Origin: Vicugna vicugna
Lineage: Eukaryota
DNA: 64,000 bases
NCBI GenBank assembly: GCA_013265495.1
Contig: MU058198.1
Location: 5,719,779 to 5,783,778, forward strand
Direction: 5' to 3'
The notes under the pieces were generated by a model. That model searched no databases. It saw only the letters and a list, made by a program, of their open reading frames with translations, and was not told the origin of the DNA. Position 1 is the first letter of the stretch. Each line of letters begins with the position of its first letter. Position numbers and translations under genes: made by a program. Below, piece after piece: positions 51,951 to 64,000 of this stretch.

Positions 51951-53214
51951 TAAGCTCCCTTGAGTCCCATCACACAGCAAGCCAACTGGGCAGGACATCC
52001 ATTGTGACCAAGGCCTGAGCTAGGGTCTGGAGGTCCAAAAGCTGATGCAGCCTTCGTGCCTGAACCCGAAGAGTCTGTAAGTGGACGTCGCCACCCACTG
52101 CGTAGTTCTGTGCAGATTGCTTCATCTCCCAAATCCCATTTCATTCGTCTGTAAAACCTCGCACCGTAGGATTGTGAGGGATGTGTTAGGTGACGTACAC
52201 TAAACATGGAGCCTGGACATGGCACTTAGGAAAGGGCACTGAGGTTGGCCAGGATTTAAGTCCTGTTTCTGCACAAATGATTGGTGTTTTGGTCAAGTCA
52301 CTTCATTTTTTTTTTCCTGGACGTTAGTTTCCTCAACAGCAAAATAGGAAGGTGGGGTTGTAGGAAAAATGATCACATTCATCCCCGTCCACTTCCCAGG
52401 ATTGTGAGGAACAAACGAAATGAGAAAGGCACGGTTACCGTGGAAACCGTGGTAGACTGTAGAACTGAGAAAACTCTAAGTGATTGCTCTCACTTTAGGA
52501 CAAGTCCAGGAAGAGGGACCTCAAAAATCATAACCAGTGGGAAAGATACGCCCTTTCCGTGTGCGAAGTGACGGGATTTCCTCACCTGCAGAACGGGGGT
52601 GATCATCATTCCTTCCTCAGAGTTGTCCTGAGTGAAACAACCCAGATGTCCAGCTTCATCACCTGCTGGCTCGTGATCTTTTGGCCCCGTTCCCTCATCT
52701 GTAATGTCCTGGATTTGGGGCTAGGCTGCCTGAGTTTTTTAATCTCTGCTCCACCTCTTAACTGGTTGAATTGCTCTGGGAAGTCATTTAACTTTTCTGC
52801 TTTAGCTTCCTTATCTGTAAAATGGGTATGATAATACTTTTCTTTTAGAATTAAGAGTATGTATCAAGAGCTTGGTGCATTCCTGGCTTACAGTAAATGC
52901 TTTATGAATGCGTTTTCAGCTTTGTAGGGCATTGTGGGGATTATATGAGGCAATCCACCTGACGCTCTTAAGTATTCTCCCTGCTGTTACTGTTACTCCT
53001 GAGCTGGTGGGGAAATGAGCTGGAAGGGAGTCCAGGGGTAGGATAAGGTTGTCTAGCGAGCCCTCAGGAACCATATCTATAGCATCCTTCGTATGTCTTT
53101 TCTTCTCAGTCTACTGCTGACTTCTTCATACACATCAGAGCTAAAGGAAGCCCTGCTTTCTCCACCTGTTCTTTAGTGTGAGTTGCAGATTGAGCCCCAG
53201 GATGTCCAGGAAGT

Positions 53215-54200
53215 TTGGGTGTTTATTAGTTATCTATTGCTGCATTACAAATCATACATTTAGTGGCTTAAAACAACAGACATTTATTGTCCCAGTTTCT
53301 GTGGGTTGGGAGTCTGGGCATGGTTTAGCTGGGTCATCGGCATCAGGAGCTCTCAAAGGGCTCCAGTCATGGTGTCAGAGCTGAGTTCTCATCTTAAGGC
53401 TGATCTGGACAAAGATCTAAGCAGCTGACCTGAGATTGTTGGCAAAATTCAGTTCCTAGAGGGCTGTTGGGCCGAGGCCCTCAGCTCCCAGCTTACTGTT
53501 GGCTCTAAGCCACCCTCAGGTCTTTGCTATATGGGCCTCTCCACTTGCTTCATCAGTGCATGCCATCCAAGAAGGCAGTAGAGAGAGTCTGTTGGCAAGA
53601 TGAAACCTGTGGAACCTGATCCCAGAAGTGGCATCTCATCACTTTCTCCATCTTAGGCCAGAAAGTAAACAGCTACACATACCAAACCTACAAGCCTGTT
53701 GCTAGAGGCAAGTAATAATAGTTTTTCTATTGCTGATGTAACAGATTACCACAAGCTTAGTGACTCAAAACAATAAAAATGTATTAGCTTACAGTTTTGT
53801 AGGTTAGGAGTTCAACATGGAACTAAAATCAAGGTCTCAGCAGGGCTGCCTTCCCTTCTGGAAGCTCTAGGGGAAAATCCATTTCTTTGCCTTTTCTAGC
53901 TTTTAGAGACTGCCCACAGTCTTTGGCTTGAGACCCCCTCCTCCATCTTCAAAGCCAGCAACAATGCATCTCTCTGACAATTCTGTAATCACATCTCCCT
54001 CTGGCTCTGACTTTAGCCAGGAAAGATCCTTTCAAGAAGTCTGTGTTAGGTTGGGCCCACCCAGATGATCCAGCATAACTTCCCATCTCCCAGTCCTTGT
54101 TCTTAGTCACATCTGCAAAGTCCCTTTTGCCATGTTAGGTAACAGGTTCTGGGGATTAGGGTATGAATATCTTTGGGGGACATTATTCTGCCTACCACGC
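53215..54200 (-). mobile_element. MLT1 MaLR LTRs (younger MLT1 at ~53715-54199 beside or within an older one)
   Basis: tagttatctattgctgc..tagtggcttaaaacaac and attgctgatgtaacagattaccacaagcttagtgactcaaaacaa...ggggggacattattctgcctaccac. Confidence 0.7.
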
Positions 54201-55249
54201 AAATTGCCGGTCCTGCCCAAATTCAAAAGAAGTAGATTAGATAAGAGTGTTGTAACAGGGACCATTGGGCTTTCTTCTGCTGTAGGAAGACTGGCTTTCT
54301 TCTGTCACAAGAAATGAGGCATCTGATGGGGCTTTATCACAGGCAAGTCTTCATTCTCACCTTCCCCATCCACCAGGGATCTTGAGTGTCGGTTACTTTT
54401 ATGGGTCAAGGAGGGTTCATCATAAACCACAGAAACCAATCCTGGCTGATGTAAGCAAGAGGGAATTTCTGGGAAGGCCATTTGGGGCCCACAGAATCAA
54501 TGGAAATCTGGAGAACTGGACTTGGAAAAGAACAAGCACTAAAGTGGTTCTGCAGCCTGGGAATTAGGGACAATGAGTGTAAGGCTCTAGCAGCAACAGT
54601 CCGGTCCAGAAGCTGCCACCAGGGCAGAATGAAATGTCAGCAAAAGATGTCAGCTGTCGCTGGTCTCTGATCTCCTTAAAGTTCAAATTCAAGGGAGGCA
54701 ACTGATAGGAGAGCAGGTATCACATACCCGCCCCCTGGCAGCATCCCACCAGACTGATCTCAGTGGGTGTGTGGAATTTCTCAGAAGGATGTGGAGGTGT
54801 GTTGTTAAGAAAGAGAAAACTATTCTGAGCCAACAAGACTCAACACTCTGCACTACCCTCTACACTCTGCATCTGCTTTCTCAATAATTGGAAGTTACTG
54901 GGTTAGTCAAGTCAGGATAACTGGTAACAAGCATCATTAAGACTGTAGAGGCTAAATGCACTATAAGTTTATTTTTTGCTCTTGAAGCATTGCAGCATGG
55001 ATATTCCTGGCTGGGGACCTATCTTGTGGCTCTGCCATCCCCTACGGCCTCAGAGTCCTTCCCTTCCAGCCAGTGGAGAGGGGGAGTGTGGAGAATCACA
55101 TTGGAGGTGCTTAGGGCCCAGGCCTGGAAGTGAGGTACATCACTTCCGTGCATCAGCGAGAACACAGTGGCATGGTCACATCTAATTGCAAGTGAGACTC
55201 AGAAATGGAGTCTCACTGTGTGCAAGATGGAATGGACTTTGGTGAGTGT

Positions 55250-55428
55250 AAAGCGAGAGTTTGTTTTTGTAAATACAGTTTTATTGGGACACACCACGCC
55301 CATTCGTTTACATGCTGCGTACAGCTGCTTTCACGCTGCAGTGGCAGAAGGGTAGCAACAGTGACTGGCCTGCAAAGCTTGAGATATTTACTATCTGGCC
55401 CTTTGCAGGAAGAGTTTTCTGACCCCCA
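55250..55428. mobile_element. MER58A-like hAT-Charlie MITE
   Basis: ttttgtaaatacagttttattgggacac...atatttactatctggccctttgcaggaagagtttt. Confidence 0.75.
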
Positions 55429-56478
55429 GCATAGAGCAGCCTCTGCAAAAACCGTGAGGGTCCATATTCCTTAGCATCAGATGAGATAGGGGTGTAACAG
55501 CTGTAATAGCTGGAATAGTGTAGTACAAATAAATAATTGTAATTGTGAGCAGTAGCACCTGTTCCCATGTTAGTGCTCATTCCTAAGGACTGGCCTGCCA
55601 ACCGTATGGAATGTCCAGGCTGACGTCACCAAAGGCACCAACCATGATGTTTATCCTTCCTGTATATGTTTTACGTATTTCCAGGTTCCTTCCTGGGAAG
55701 TTAAGATCTCATTCTTTCAATAGTCTTAATGGAATGCCTACAATGAGCTAGATTCTGCTTATCGTCTCTAGGGAAACATAGAGAAATGGGACATATTCTT
55801 GCCCTGGAGGAGTTCATAAGCTAGGATTGAATAGACAGACGTGTAAGCAGGTGTTTGTAGTACATTGTGACAAGTGCTGTAAAAGAAGTTCAAGGGCTGA
55901 TCAAAACACAAAACACTGTTGGAGAGATTAAGCAGGCTTCACACTGGGGATCATTTAAGGTGGGCCTTAAGGACTGGATAGGAGTTTGCTGGGGGAGGGT
56001 TGGAGGCATTCCAGTCAAGGACAATACATGTTCCCCTCTGAACAAATATGTCTCTGGTGCCCACCGTGTGCCTAGTATTATGCCGGTGGCCCCGAAGATA
56101 CGACCATGACCCAGACAGATGGGAGCCCTGCGCACACAGAGCTTATTATGCCCAGCAGAGAACACCATTGTTGAAGAGCCAGTACAGATGAGATGTGTGT
56201 TACACAGGACAGGTCCGGAAGCTGTGGAAACCTAGAGGGGACCAAGCCTGTAGGTGGTCACTCTCTCTTTTTAAAAAATTTTATTTCTAATTGTAATGAA
56301 GATACTTCAGATTTTTTTCAGATCTCAGTAGCAGGCATTTTGGTCACTGTCATCAGATCTAGCTTTTTGTCCCCCAGTTTTATTTTATAAAAATGAAGAA
56401 TTGTAGCTATTTAGACGTACAACAGTGTTTTGCTCTAACTGATGTTCCTCCCCCGCCCCAACCCAGCACTTAGGACCG

Positions 56479-56946
56479 ATGGCAGAGCCGGACGTGCTCT
56501 GGGAGGCTCTCCAGGCACTCCTGCCCAGTACCAAGGAAGAGCTGAAGCTGGAGCTCGGGGAGGAGGTGGAGGGCAGCGTGGTGCTGCTGCTGCAGCAGGC
56601 CGCCCAGCTCTTCTATGGGGGCCAGATGAGCGCGTGTCTGCAGACCTGCGAGGTGCTCCTCGACTACTCCTGGGAGAAACTCAACGCAGGGCCCTGGCAG
56701 CAGGTGCACAAGGACTGGCGGCGGGTGTACACCTGTGGCTGCCTCTTAAAAGCTGTGTGTCTGTGTGCCCCACCGGCCGACGCCACCGCCGTGGCCGCCG
56801 CCCTGAGAGTCTGTGACCTGGGCCTGCTGATGGGGGCGGCCATCCTGGGGGACATCCTCCTCAAAGTTGCTGCCGTCCTCCAGACGCACCTCATCTCCAG
56901 AAAGAGGCCGGCCCCCAGCCCGAGCCAGGAGCCACCCAGCACCAAG
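56479..56946 (+). CDS. KDM8: KDM8/JMJD5 first coding exon (156 codons, N-terminal helical domain)
   Basis: Translation MAEPDVLWEALQALLP...LDYSWEKLNAGPWQQVHKDWRRVY...CDLGLLMGAAILGDILLKVAA...KRPAP..STK matches the mammalian KDM8 N-terminus. Branch-like CTCTAAC and a pyrimidine tract lead to a CAG acceptor ending at 56466. Donor AAG|GTACCT after 56946 (phase 0). Confidence 0.97.
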
Positions 56947-59254
56947 GTACCTGTGTGGGGCTGTCACTGACCACACCTAACAGTCCATCAGCCCAGGTTT
57001 TCTAAAGTGAAACAGATCAGCTCTCACGGGCCCCTGGCACACCAGCCCCTCTGGGTGAAAATGGCATTTCCATTGATTTGGAAATGGAGCAGCTCAATTT
57101 TTTTCCCCTAGTTTCCGCAAAAGCAGTGACTCTTGAGAGCGGGAGGGTGGAAGCTTTGTGGTTCCTGAGCGAAATAGCTCAGGGGGCCTGTGTGGGCAGG
57201 GCTGCAGGCAGTGGGGGCAGCCTTTCTCTTTCAGCTTTTTCCTGGTCCCTTGGCTGAAGTGTCACCCACTTTGCTGGCTGCCTCTGCCTCAGCGCTGAGT
57301 GTGCAGGAGATGCTGCAGCTGCCTGCCTTCCGTCCACCTGACTGAGCGGCCCCGCCCTTCAGATCCTTGCCTGTGTCCTCACTGGTATTTAAGTGCATGT
57401 GCCCAAGGAATACCCCGCAGACACTGAGCCAAGGTGGTTTATTCAGGCTTCAGATCCCAGCGCAGACCTCACCCAAAATACCTCTGGGCAAGCCAGTTAC
57501 CACCTCTGAGCCTCAGTTTCCTCATCTGTGAAATAGCACTTAGAGTGCTGACCCCTAGAAGGAAAGGGCCAGGACTGTCCTGGGTAGTGGGGTTATGGGG
57601 TGTTTTTGACATTTTTCTAGATATTTTCTCATTTTCAGAATTCCTGACAATGAGTATTATTTTTCTATGAGAGTAACACAAATGGATGTCATTAAACACA
57701 CCATGCATGTAACCAGAATAAAAGGTGATCCTACAAACAGGGAAGAGAAATTTGCAGCAAAGCTGTCAGAGAGCACATTTCTCTGTTGTGTAAGAATTAT
57801 ACAAATCCACAAATCAACAGGGAAAAAAACTGGGCCCCAGGAGGTACAGACCAGACACACGAACAGACTGTTCCCAAGGAAGAAACAGATCTGCTAAAAA
57901 ACCTGTGGGAAATGTTCAGCCTCACCTCTGGTTAAAAAAAAAAAAAAGAAATGCAGCAATGGTGAGGCAGCGGTTCTTGGCTCTGAAACTATCGAATGCG
58001 GTTTTATACGGCACCCAGTGTTGCCAAGGGTGCCCTGGGGCCAAGGGCACGGGGCGTGGGTGGACCTTTCAGAGGGCAGGGCAGACAGATACTTGTCCCC
58101 TTTGACCCGGGGATTACACCTGCCCTTTCCCAGACCAAGGGTCTCCCGAGGGAATATGGCGGTGGCTTCAGGGCCAAGGTGGTACCCATGGTCTGGGGTG
58201 ATGTATGTAGTTAAGGGGGTGAGGACTCGGCTCTGGAGTCCGCTGCCAGGGTTCAGGTTCCTGCACTGCCACCCACCAGCATCTTGGCTGCTCTCCTTCT
58301 GCCTGGAGGAGTGGATTTGCTCAGCAGCTTGATTGAACTCCAGTGGTGGCCCAGATGTGCCAGGCACCAAGGGTGCGGCCTAGACTCTGTCCTCCTGGAG
58401 CTTCCTTTCTGATGAGGCTGTAAAAGAATGTCTTCTCCCAGGTGCTGAGACAGGTGGGGGAGGCTGCTTCACGCAGGGAGACCAGGGAAGTCCTGTTTGA
58501 CGAGGGAATCTGGGAAAATGAAAGCCTCCCGCAGAGAGCTGTGACAGTGAGAGAGGAAAAGGCCTGTATAAGCCCGCGGGTGAGAATGTTAGCGCCACTG
58601 CTGTGGATGTTGAGAGCTGGTCTGGGGTCTAGCAGGGGCAACACAGGGGACTGGCACGTGCCCGGCGGCCGTCCTGGGAACTTTACATGAGAGCTCATCT
58701 CCTGGCAGTTTAACACATGAGGAAACTGAGAATCAGAGATGGTGACTTGTCCAGGTCCCTCGGCCAGGAGATGGTTAAGTAAAGGATGGTGCAGCCACTC
58801 AAGACATTGCACACACTGGAGACTGTTTCAGGTGGATTACTGGCTTCAAGAGGCAGAGTTGCTTCTTCTTCATGAATCTTCCTACCAGTAGATCAGATGT
58901 GTACGGGACAAAAATGGGAAAGGAAGATACTTTGTCACCAGGAGACTACTTTTATGTTAGACAGTGGGGTTTGGGATAATTAATTTTCCTCTGTGAAAGC
59001 AATGTATTACTTTTATAATTGAACAGACATTTTAAATGAACTGGTGGAGGGAAAAACATCTTAATCTCATGAGACGTCAGTGGTAGTAGTGGCAGCAGTA
59101 ACACTGATAATATTATTATTGTTACCAATGACAAATGAACATTTGCCGGGATGATGGCCCTGCAGTCAGACCTTTGCCACTCCTGCCACTGATTCAGATT
59201 CATAGTGGAATTCCTCGAATTTGGACTTGCTGCAGTTGTTACCATCTTGGTTTT

Positions 59255-59461
59255 AGGGTTTTATTTTTTTCTTTTATTCAGTTCTTTTTTTAACTGAAAT
59301 ATAGTTGATTTACAATGTTTTGTTGGTTTCTTGTGTACAGTAAAGTGTTTCAGATATATATTCCTTTTCGTATTCTTTTTCATTAGTTTATTATAAGATA
59401 TTAAATATAATTTAATAGTAGGACCTTATTGTTTATCTATTTTATATGTAGTAGTTAGTAT
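59255..59461 (-). mobile_element. 5'-truncated L1 3' end just upstream of the acceptor at 59490
   Basis: aactgaaatatagttgatttacaatgttttgttggtttcttgtgtacag...gtaggaccttattgtttatctattttatatg; ccatcttg repeated on both flanks. Confidence 0.8.
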
Positions 59462-59490
59462 CCATCTTGTTCTCTTTTGATTTTAAACAG

Positions 59491-59657
59491 AAAGCAAGGA
59501 ATGACCACATTTCGATTCCAGATGTGGGGTCAGAAAGAGCAGTGCCCCGGCTTCACTGTCCATCCCTCCAGTATTTCCAGAAGCATTTTTTGGTTCCAGG
59601 GAGGCCTGTGATCTTGGAAGGCGTGGCTGACCACTGGCCATGCATGAAGAAGTGGAG
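59491..59657 (+). CDS. KDM8: KDM8 second coding exon (167 nt)
   Basis: Acceptor ttttaaacag| then KARNDHISIPDVGSERAVPRLHCPSLQYFQKHFLVPGRPVILEGVADHWPCMKKW-AG; donor |gtgggt (phase 2). Matches the KDM8 VPRL..PSL..F...FLVPGRPVIL.GVADHWPCM.KW motif. Confidence 0.97.
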
Positions 59658-60836
59658 GTGGGTGTCTGCTGACGGCTGTGTGGTTCCTCATCCCAATTTA
59701 GCATCCCCAGAGACCATGCCCCCGAATTCCTCCTCCCAGCACCCCCAGGTGAACACAGCCCCACAGACACTTCACAGCCAGCGGTGGGGTGGACCGCCAA
59801 GGAGTGAGACACACATCAGAAGTCCAGGGCTGTGAACTGATGCTGGAGGTTATCAAAGTCTTACCAGCTTGCCTGCCCTAAGCCGTTTTTAATAAGTGCG
59901 TATGGAGGTCTGATGTTAAGTCTATTACATGCAATTTTTCAGGATCTCAGGAATTTGTAGACTTTCTCAGGAGTCCCTGAGGCTTAAGAGTAGAAATGAG
60001 AACCTAAGAGACAGCCCTGCCCCCTCTCCACGGGGCTCCCAGGGCTCCAGTGTTGGCGCCCACCTCCCGTCTGCGTCTGGTCCCTCGGAAGATTCACAGT
60101 GGAGGGGTCAGATCAGGCAGCTGGACAGTGGCTGTGATGTTGCTGTGTGTGATTTTGAAATGAGAAGATGTATCTAAGGCAGGTGGAGGGAGCCAGCCTG
60201 TCTTGTGGTGGCTTTATGGAGGGGTGGTCCCCACTGAGACCTGTGTGAGGCAGAGGTCTGACTGCAGGGCCATTGTCCTGGCAAACACTCATTATGTGCT
60301 CAACTATGTACCGTGCGCCACGACAGGCACTAGCCACATCTTACCTCCTTTTCCCCTCCCCGGTTCCCATGGGACAGGCACTGCCGTCACCCACATTTTA
60401 CTAATAGGGAACAAGGGCTCAGAGAGGTCAAGGAACTTGCCATAGGTCCCCTGGTGGGTGACAGGGCCTGGACTCTGTCAGGCTACCGGCTTGGGGGACC
60501 CAGGCACCTCACCACCCTGTACTGCCTGCCACTTGTTCAGAGAAGGCCTCAGCTTGTGATGGGGCCAGTGAAGAGAGAAGTTGGAAGGCTCTTGGCAAAC
60601 AGGGAAACAGAGCCGCCCAGCAAACACCAGATTCACTGCTTTTATCTGCCAAGCTGCCTGGCGCCAGGTGAGCCAGTGACCTCACCTCTCTGCACCTGCA
60701 TTTCCTCCTCAGTGAAGTGGGGTCTCCAGCTGGTGAGCTCTTGTAAGGATGGAAGGAGACCAGGGCAAGCGCATTAGCAGGGTGCCCGGCAAGTGTTAGC
60801 CTGATGATGGCAACGCCGATGCTGTTTTCCTAACAG

Positions 60837-60969
60837 CCTGGAGTATATCCAAGAGGTTGCTGGCTGCCGCACTGTCCCGGTGGAGGTCGGTTCCAGGTAC
60901 ACGGACGAGGAATGGTCCCAGACACTCATGACGGTCAGTGAGTTCATCAGCAAATACATCGTGAACGAG
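60837..60969 (+). CDS. KDM8: KDM8 third coding exon (133 nt)
   Basis: Acceptor ttttcctaacag|; completes the Ser codon, then [44 protein letters not shown]; donor |gtatgt. Phases are consistent with the flanking exons. Confidence 0.97.
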
Positions 60970-61159
60970 GTATGTCGTCTGACTCCTCCCCTGATACTTG
61001 CAGGGCAGGGAACACATTAGATGTGGGCAAATTACCTCCACGCATTGCCGGGAGAGGTTTTGGAGGAGTCAAAGCCATTCTTTAAGGGCCTGTGGTCAGT
61101 AGGCTGGCCAGCGTGAGGAAGACAGGCAGGACAGGACATACGGGACCCATTTCAGACAC

Positions 61160-61710
61160 TTTTTTGGGGGGCAGTTGGTACAATTTAGTGGTTATTCGTA
61201 TATTCACGGATTGGGTGGCCATTGTCACTATCTAATTCTGGGACGTTTTCATCACTCCCAGAGAGACCCGTATCCCCTGCCCTCATCCCCAGGCAAGCAC
61301 TAATCTGCTTTCTGTTTCTATGGATTTGCCAATTCTAGACATTTCACATAAATGGAATCATACAGTATGCGACCTCCTGTGTCTGGCTTCTTTCATTTAG
61401 CATCATGTTTTCAAGGTTCATCTCTGTTGTAGCCTGTGTCAGTCCTTAATCCCCTTTTATGGCTGAATAATGTTCCTTCGTATGGGTAGACCACATCTTG
61501 TTTATCCGTCCATCAGCTGATGGCCATCTGGGTTGTGTCTACTTTTTGGCCAGTATGGAAAGTGCTGCTGTGAACAGTGACGCACAGGTTTTTGTGCGGG
61601 TAAATGAGTTCATTTCTCTTAGGCGTAGACTAGGAGTGGAATTGCTCAGGTCAGATGGTGGCTCTAGGTTTAACTTTTTGAGGAGGCTATTTTCCAAAGC
61701 AGCTGCACCA
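61160..61710 (-). mobile_element. Old L1M (L1MA/MB-like) 3' region
   Basis: ctaatctgctttctgtttctatggatttgcc..ttctagacatttcacataaatggaatcatacagtatg...ttttccaaagcagctgcacca. Confidence 0.8.
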
Positions 61711-63373
61711 TTTTGTTGTTTCGGATTCTTGACAGTGGGTGTCCTCCTCTTCCTGACACCCGGGTAGCAGAGGCTGCAGGTTATCTGCCCTGGGCCTGAA
61801 CCATTCCTCTGGGCCGAGAATGAGGGGAGCCTTAAAGGGGGCCCGGAGAGCAGAGTTCTTCACACGGGGTGAGAGTTCAGCATCCGTGGGCTGCAGTTGC
61901 TCCCCTCACTCTCCAGCGACCCACAGGCCAAGGCAGCCCCAGGCCCAGCCGCTGTCAAGTTCTGCTCGGGTTTGCTGGTGGATCTGCTCAGTCAGAGTCC
62001 AGGTCGGTGATGACGCTGGCCGGCAGTTACCTTCCTTGCCCTTCCCAGCATGGTAGCTGTGAATGCCCGAGGGCCCCCCCAGGCCACCCCCACCTTCACC
62101 CTTCCTGCCCCATCTCTTCCCCCGCTGAGTGTGCAGCCCGCCCGCTCCCAGGCACTCCGCACAGTTCTGCAGGCGGAGGCTCCTCCCTCAGTGCCTTGGG
62201 CGCTTTTCTGTTCTCCCTTCTCCTGCACTTCTCCCCTCACCCAGCCCGGCTCAGCTCACTGTCACCTGGAAAAGGGAACTGTGGCTTCGAGACGCACCGC
62301 ATGGCCATGTCCACTTGTGCTTGGGAGAGTAAAGCCAGCTGGAGAAGCCTCGCGTGGCCTCTGCTGGAGGCGGCCTGGGCCCTGAAGCAGAGAGAACCAG
62401 AAGTGCGGGCCATGGGGTGGGCGAGAGGGGGCTTTGCCCCCAAGCAGGGCAGCGTTGAGTCCAGCCCCGGCCCTCGCTGGCTGTGTGGCCTGGGCTGGTC
62501 ACCTACCCTCCCAGATCGTCGGTGCCCTGACTTCTGGTTACTGAGGGTTAGTTGGGGTTAGTTAGAGGTTACTAAGGCCTAAAACCCGTAAAGGTCCAAG
62601 CACAGCATGATCGGTGCCCATTTAACATAAGCTCCAATGTCCTCTGGGTCAGGGTACCTGTGAGGGCAGAGAGCTCATCAGATCCCGGGTGTCAGGAAGA
62701 AGAGAGAGTGAAGGAGGGGATGGAATGACGGACAGACCCTAGTGAGGACCTTTCATCTACTTCAACAGTGTTGTAGCCTCAGAGCCTGTCAGACCAAAGC
62801 CAGCTCCACTCTGGCCTCAGGTGGGGTCGGGGTCCCACCTGCTCTTCCCCCGTCTGACCCTTACAGGGCCCTTGGGCGTCTTCAGAGAACTGCTGAGCAG
62901 GGGGGAGCCCAGCTTGTAAAGAGCACTGGTCTTCTCACCCATCTGATTGGCAGAAATTTTCACAAAATCATTTCCGGGGCAGGCAAAGATATAGGAAAGT
63001 GGGCGGTTGTGTTCGTTAGTGCTGGGAATAGTGTAGATGGTCAGTGTTTGGGAAAACAACCTGGCAGAAGCAACTACAGTTTAAAATGTGCACGCCCCTT
63101 GACTGTGCTGTTCTGCTTTTGGAAGCACATGAATGTGAGGACCAGAGTATTGGGCCGTTCATTGAAACACTGTGGCAGAGCAAGGCAGACGTCCACCAGC
63201 GGGCGAAGGTTGAATTACTAATAACACCTGCCTATAAAACGTGCCTCCGGCCAAAGAGAGTCAGATGTGCACATGTTGACCTGAGGAGATATTCATGATG
63301 TATCGTTAAATGAAAACAGCAGATTTCAAAGTAATACATACAGAGGTCCATTATTATTAAAAAATAAATCCTT

Positions 63374-63426
63374 ATGCTGTGCACTAGAAATTGATACAAC
63401 ATTATAAACTGACTATGCTTCAGTTA
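63374..63426 (+). mobile_element. Very short L1 3' terminus with TSD
   Basis: gctgtgcactagaaattgatacaacattataaactgactatgcttca flanked by AAAA(T/G)AAATCCTT (63361-63373 and 63427-63439). Confidence 0.7.
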
Positions 63427-63742
63427 AAAAGAAATCCTTCTGTGGGTGTAGCCCCTTCGTGTTTCATTTGAGGTGACTGAGCCTGGGGCTCAGGGTGACT
63501 TGCTCAGGGCAACGTCAGTAGCAGAGGCAGGCCTGCTGATCACAATTTGCCCCTGGGTTGGAGGATGGATCCTGAGGGGGACAGAGAGGAGGGTCCCCCC
63601 AACACGAGTGGCTGCCTGGGCAGGGGCGGGAGCACGTCGGGTGCTGAGAGCCAGCCAATCAGTGGCAGCTCCCAGGGGTGGGGGTCCTCCATCACTACTA
63701 ACAGGGCTTTCTGTCGCCTCTGGTTTTTTTCCCGTGGATTAG

Positions 63743-63787
63743 CCGAGGGACGTCGGGTACCTTGCTCAGCACCAGCTCTTTGACCAG
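63743..63787 (+). CDS. KDM8: KDM8 fourth coding exon (45 nt); gene continues beyond the window
   Basis: Acceptor ttttttcccgtggattag| then PRDVGYLAQHQLFDQ; donor |gtaagt. This is the conserved YLAQH.LFDQ motif at the start of the JmjC region. Confidence 0.96.
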
Positions 63788-64000
63788 GTAAGTCTGAGAC
63801 CACACCCCTCCATCCTTCACCCCCTCATCTCCTCCCACCTCCCATCCAGGGCACTGGCCCCAGAGGGCAGGAAGCAGTAGGTAGCAGCCTCATTTACTCC
63901 CCACTGGTGCTGCCCCCCTGCAGGGAACAGGGAGGCGCCCTGTGCCCTCCTCACCAGCAGGCAGCAGGAGAGCAGGCCAGGCCCCTGGACCAGAACGGGG

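Noticed and set aside
56442..56976. Alternative-frame and antisense ORFs over the KDM8 exon
   Set aside because: Shadows of the GC-rich KDM8 coding exon; the 56442 start lies in the intron.
61869..62561. 230-aa intronic ORF
   Set aside because: GC-rich intron, non-AUG start, no domain; the KDM8 frame is already complete without it.

Overview
Mammalian genomic DNA, most likely a camelid (alpaca/llama/camel), judging by two tRNA-derived SINEs of the Vic-1 type and no recognisable Alu, B1, Bov-A or PRE-1 elements. The first ~48 kb is repeat-rich intergenic sequence (MIR/L2, MaLR and ERV1 LTRs, hAT/Tigger DNA transposons, L1 fragments), with an orphan CpG island at ~1.2-1.7 kb. A housekeeping-type CpG-island promoter at ~48.1-49.2 kb precedes KDM8 (JMJD5, a JmjC hydroxylase) on the + strand. 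Four coding exons are visible (56479-56946, 59491-59657, 60837-60969, 63743-63787; 271 codons), and the gene runs off the right edge before the iron-binding residues. Almost all other ORFs in the track look like chance ORFs. I found no clearly new gene system. The most unusual structures are: a ~2.7 kb strand-asymmetric degenerate AGGCC-rich tandem array at the start of KDM8 intron 1; a triple-nested LTR just upstream of the promoter; a SINE carrying an apparent 3' transduction; a near-perfect 403-bp tandem duplication; an RFX-box CpG island with no gene; and a CpG-retaining Tigger-like element. Repeat family names come from recalled consensus sequences, not from a database search.
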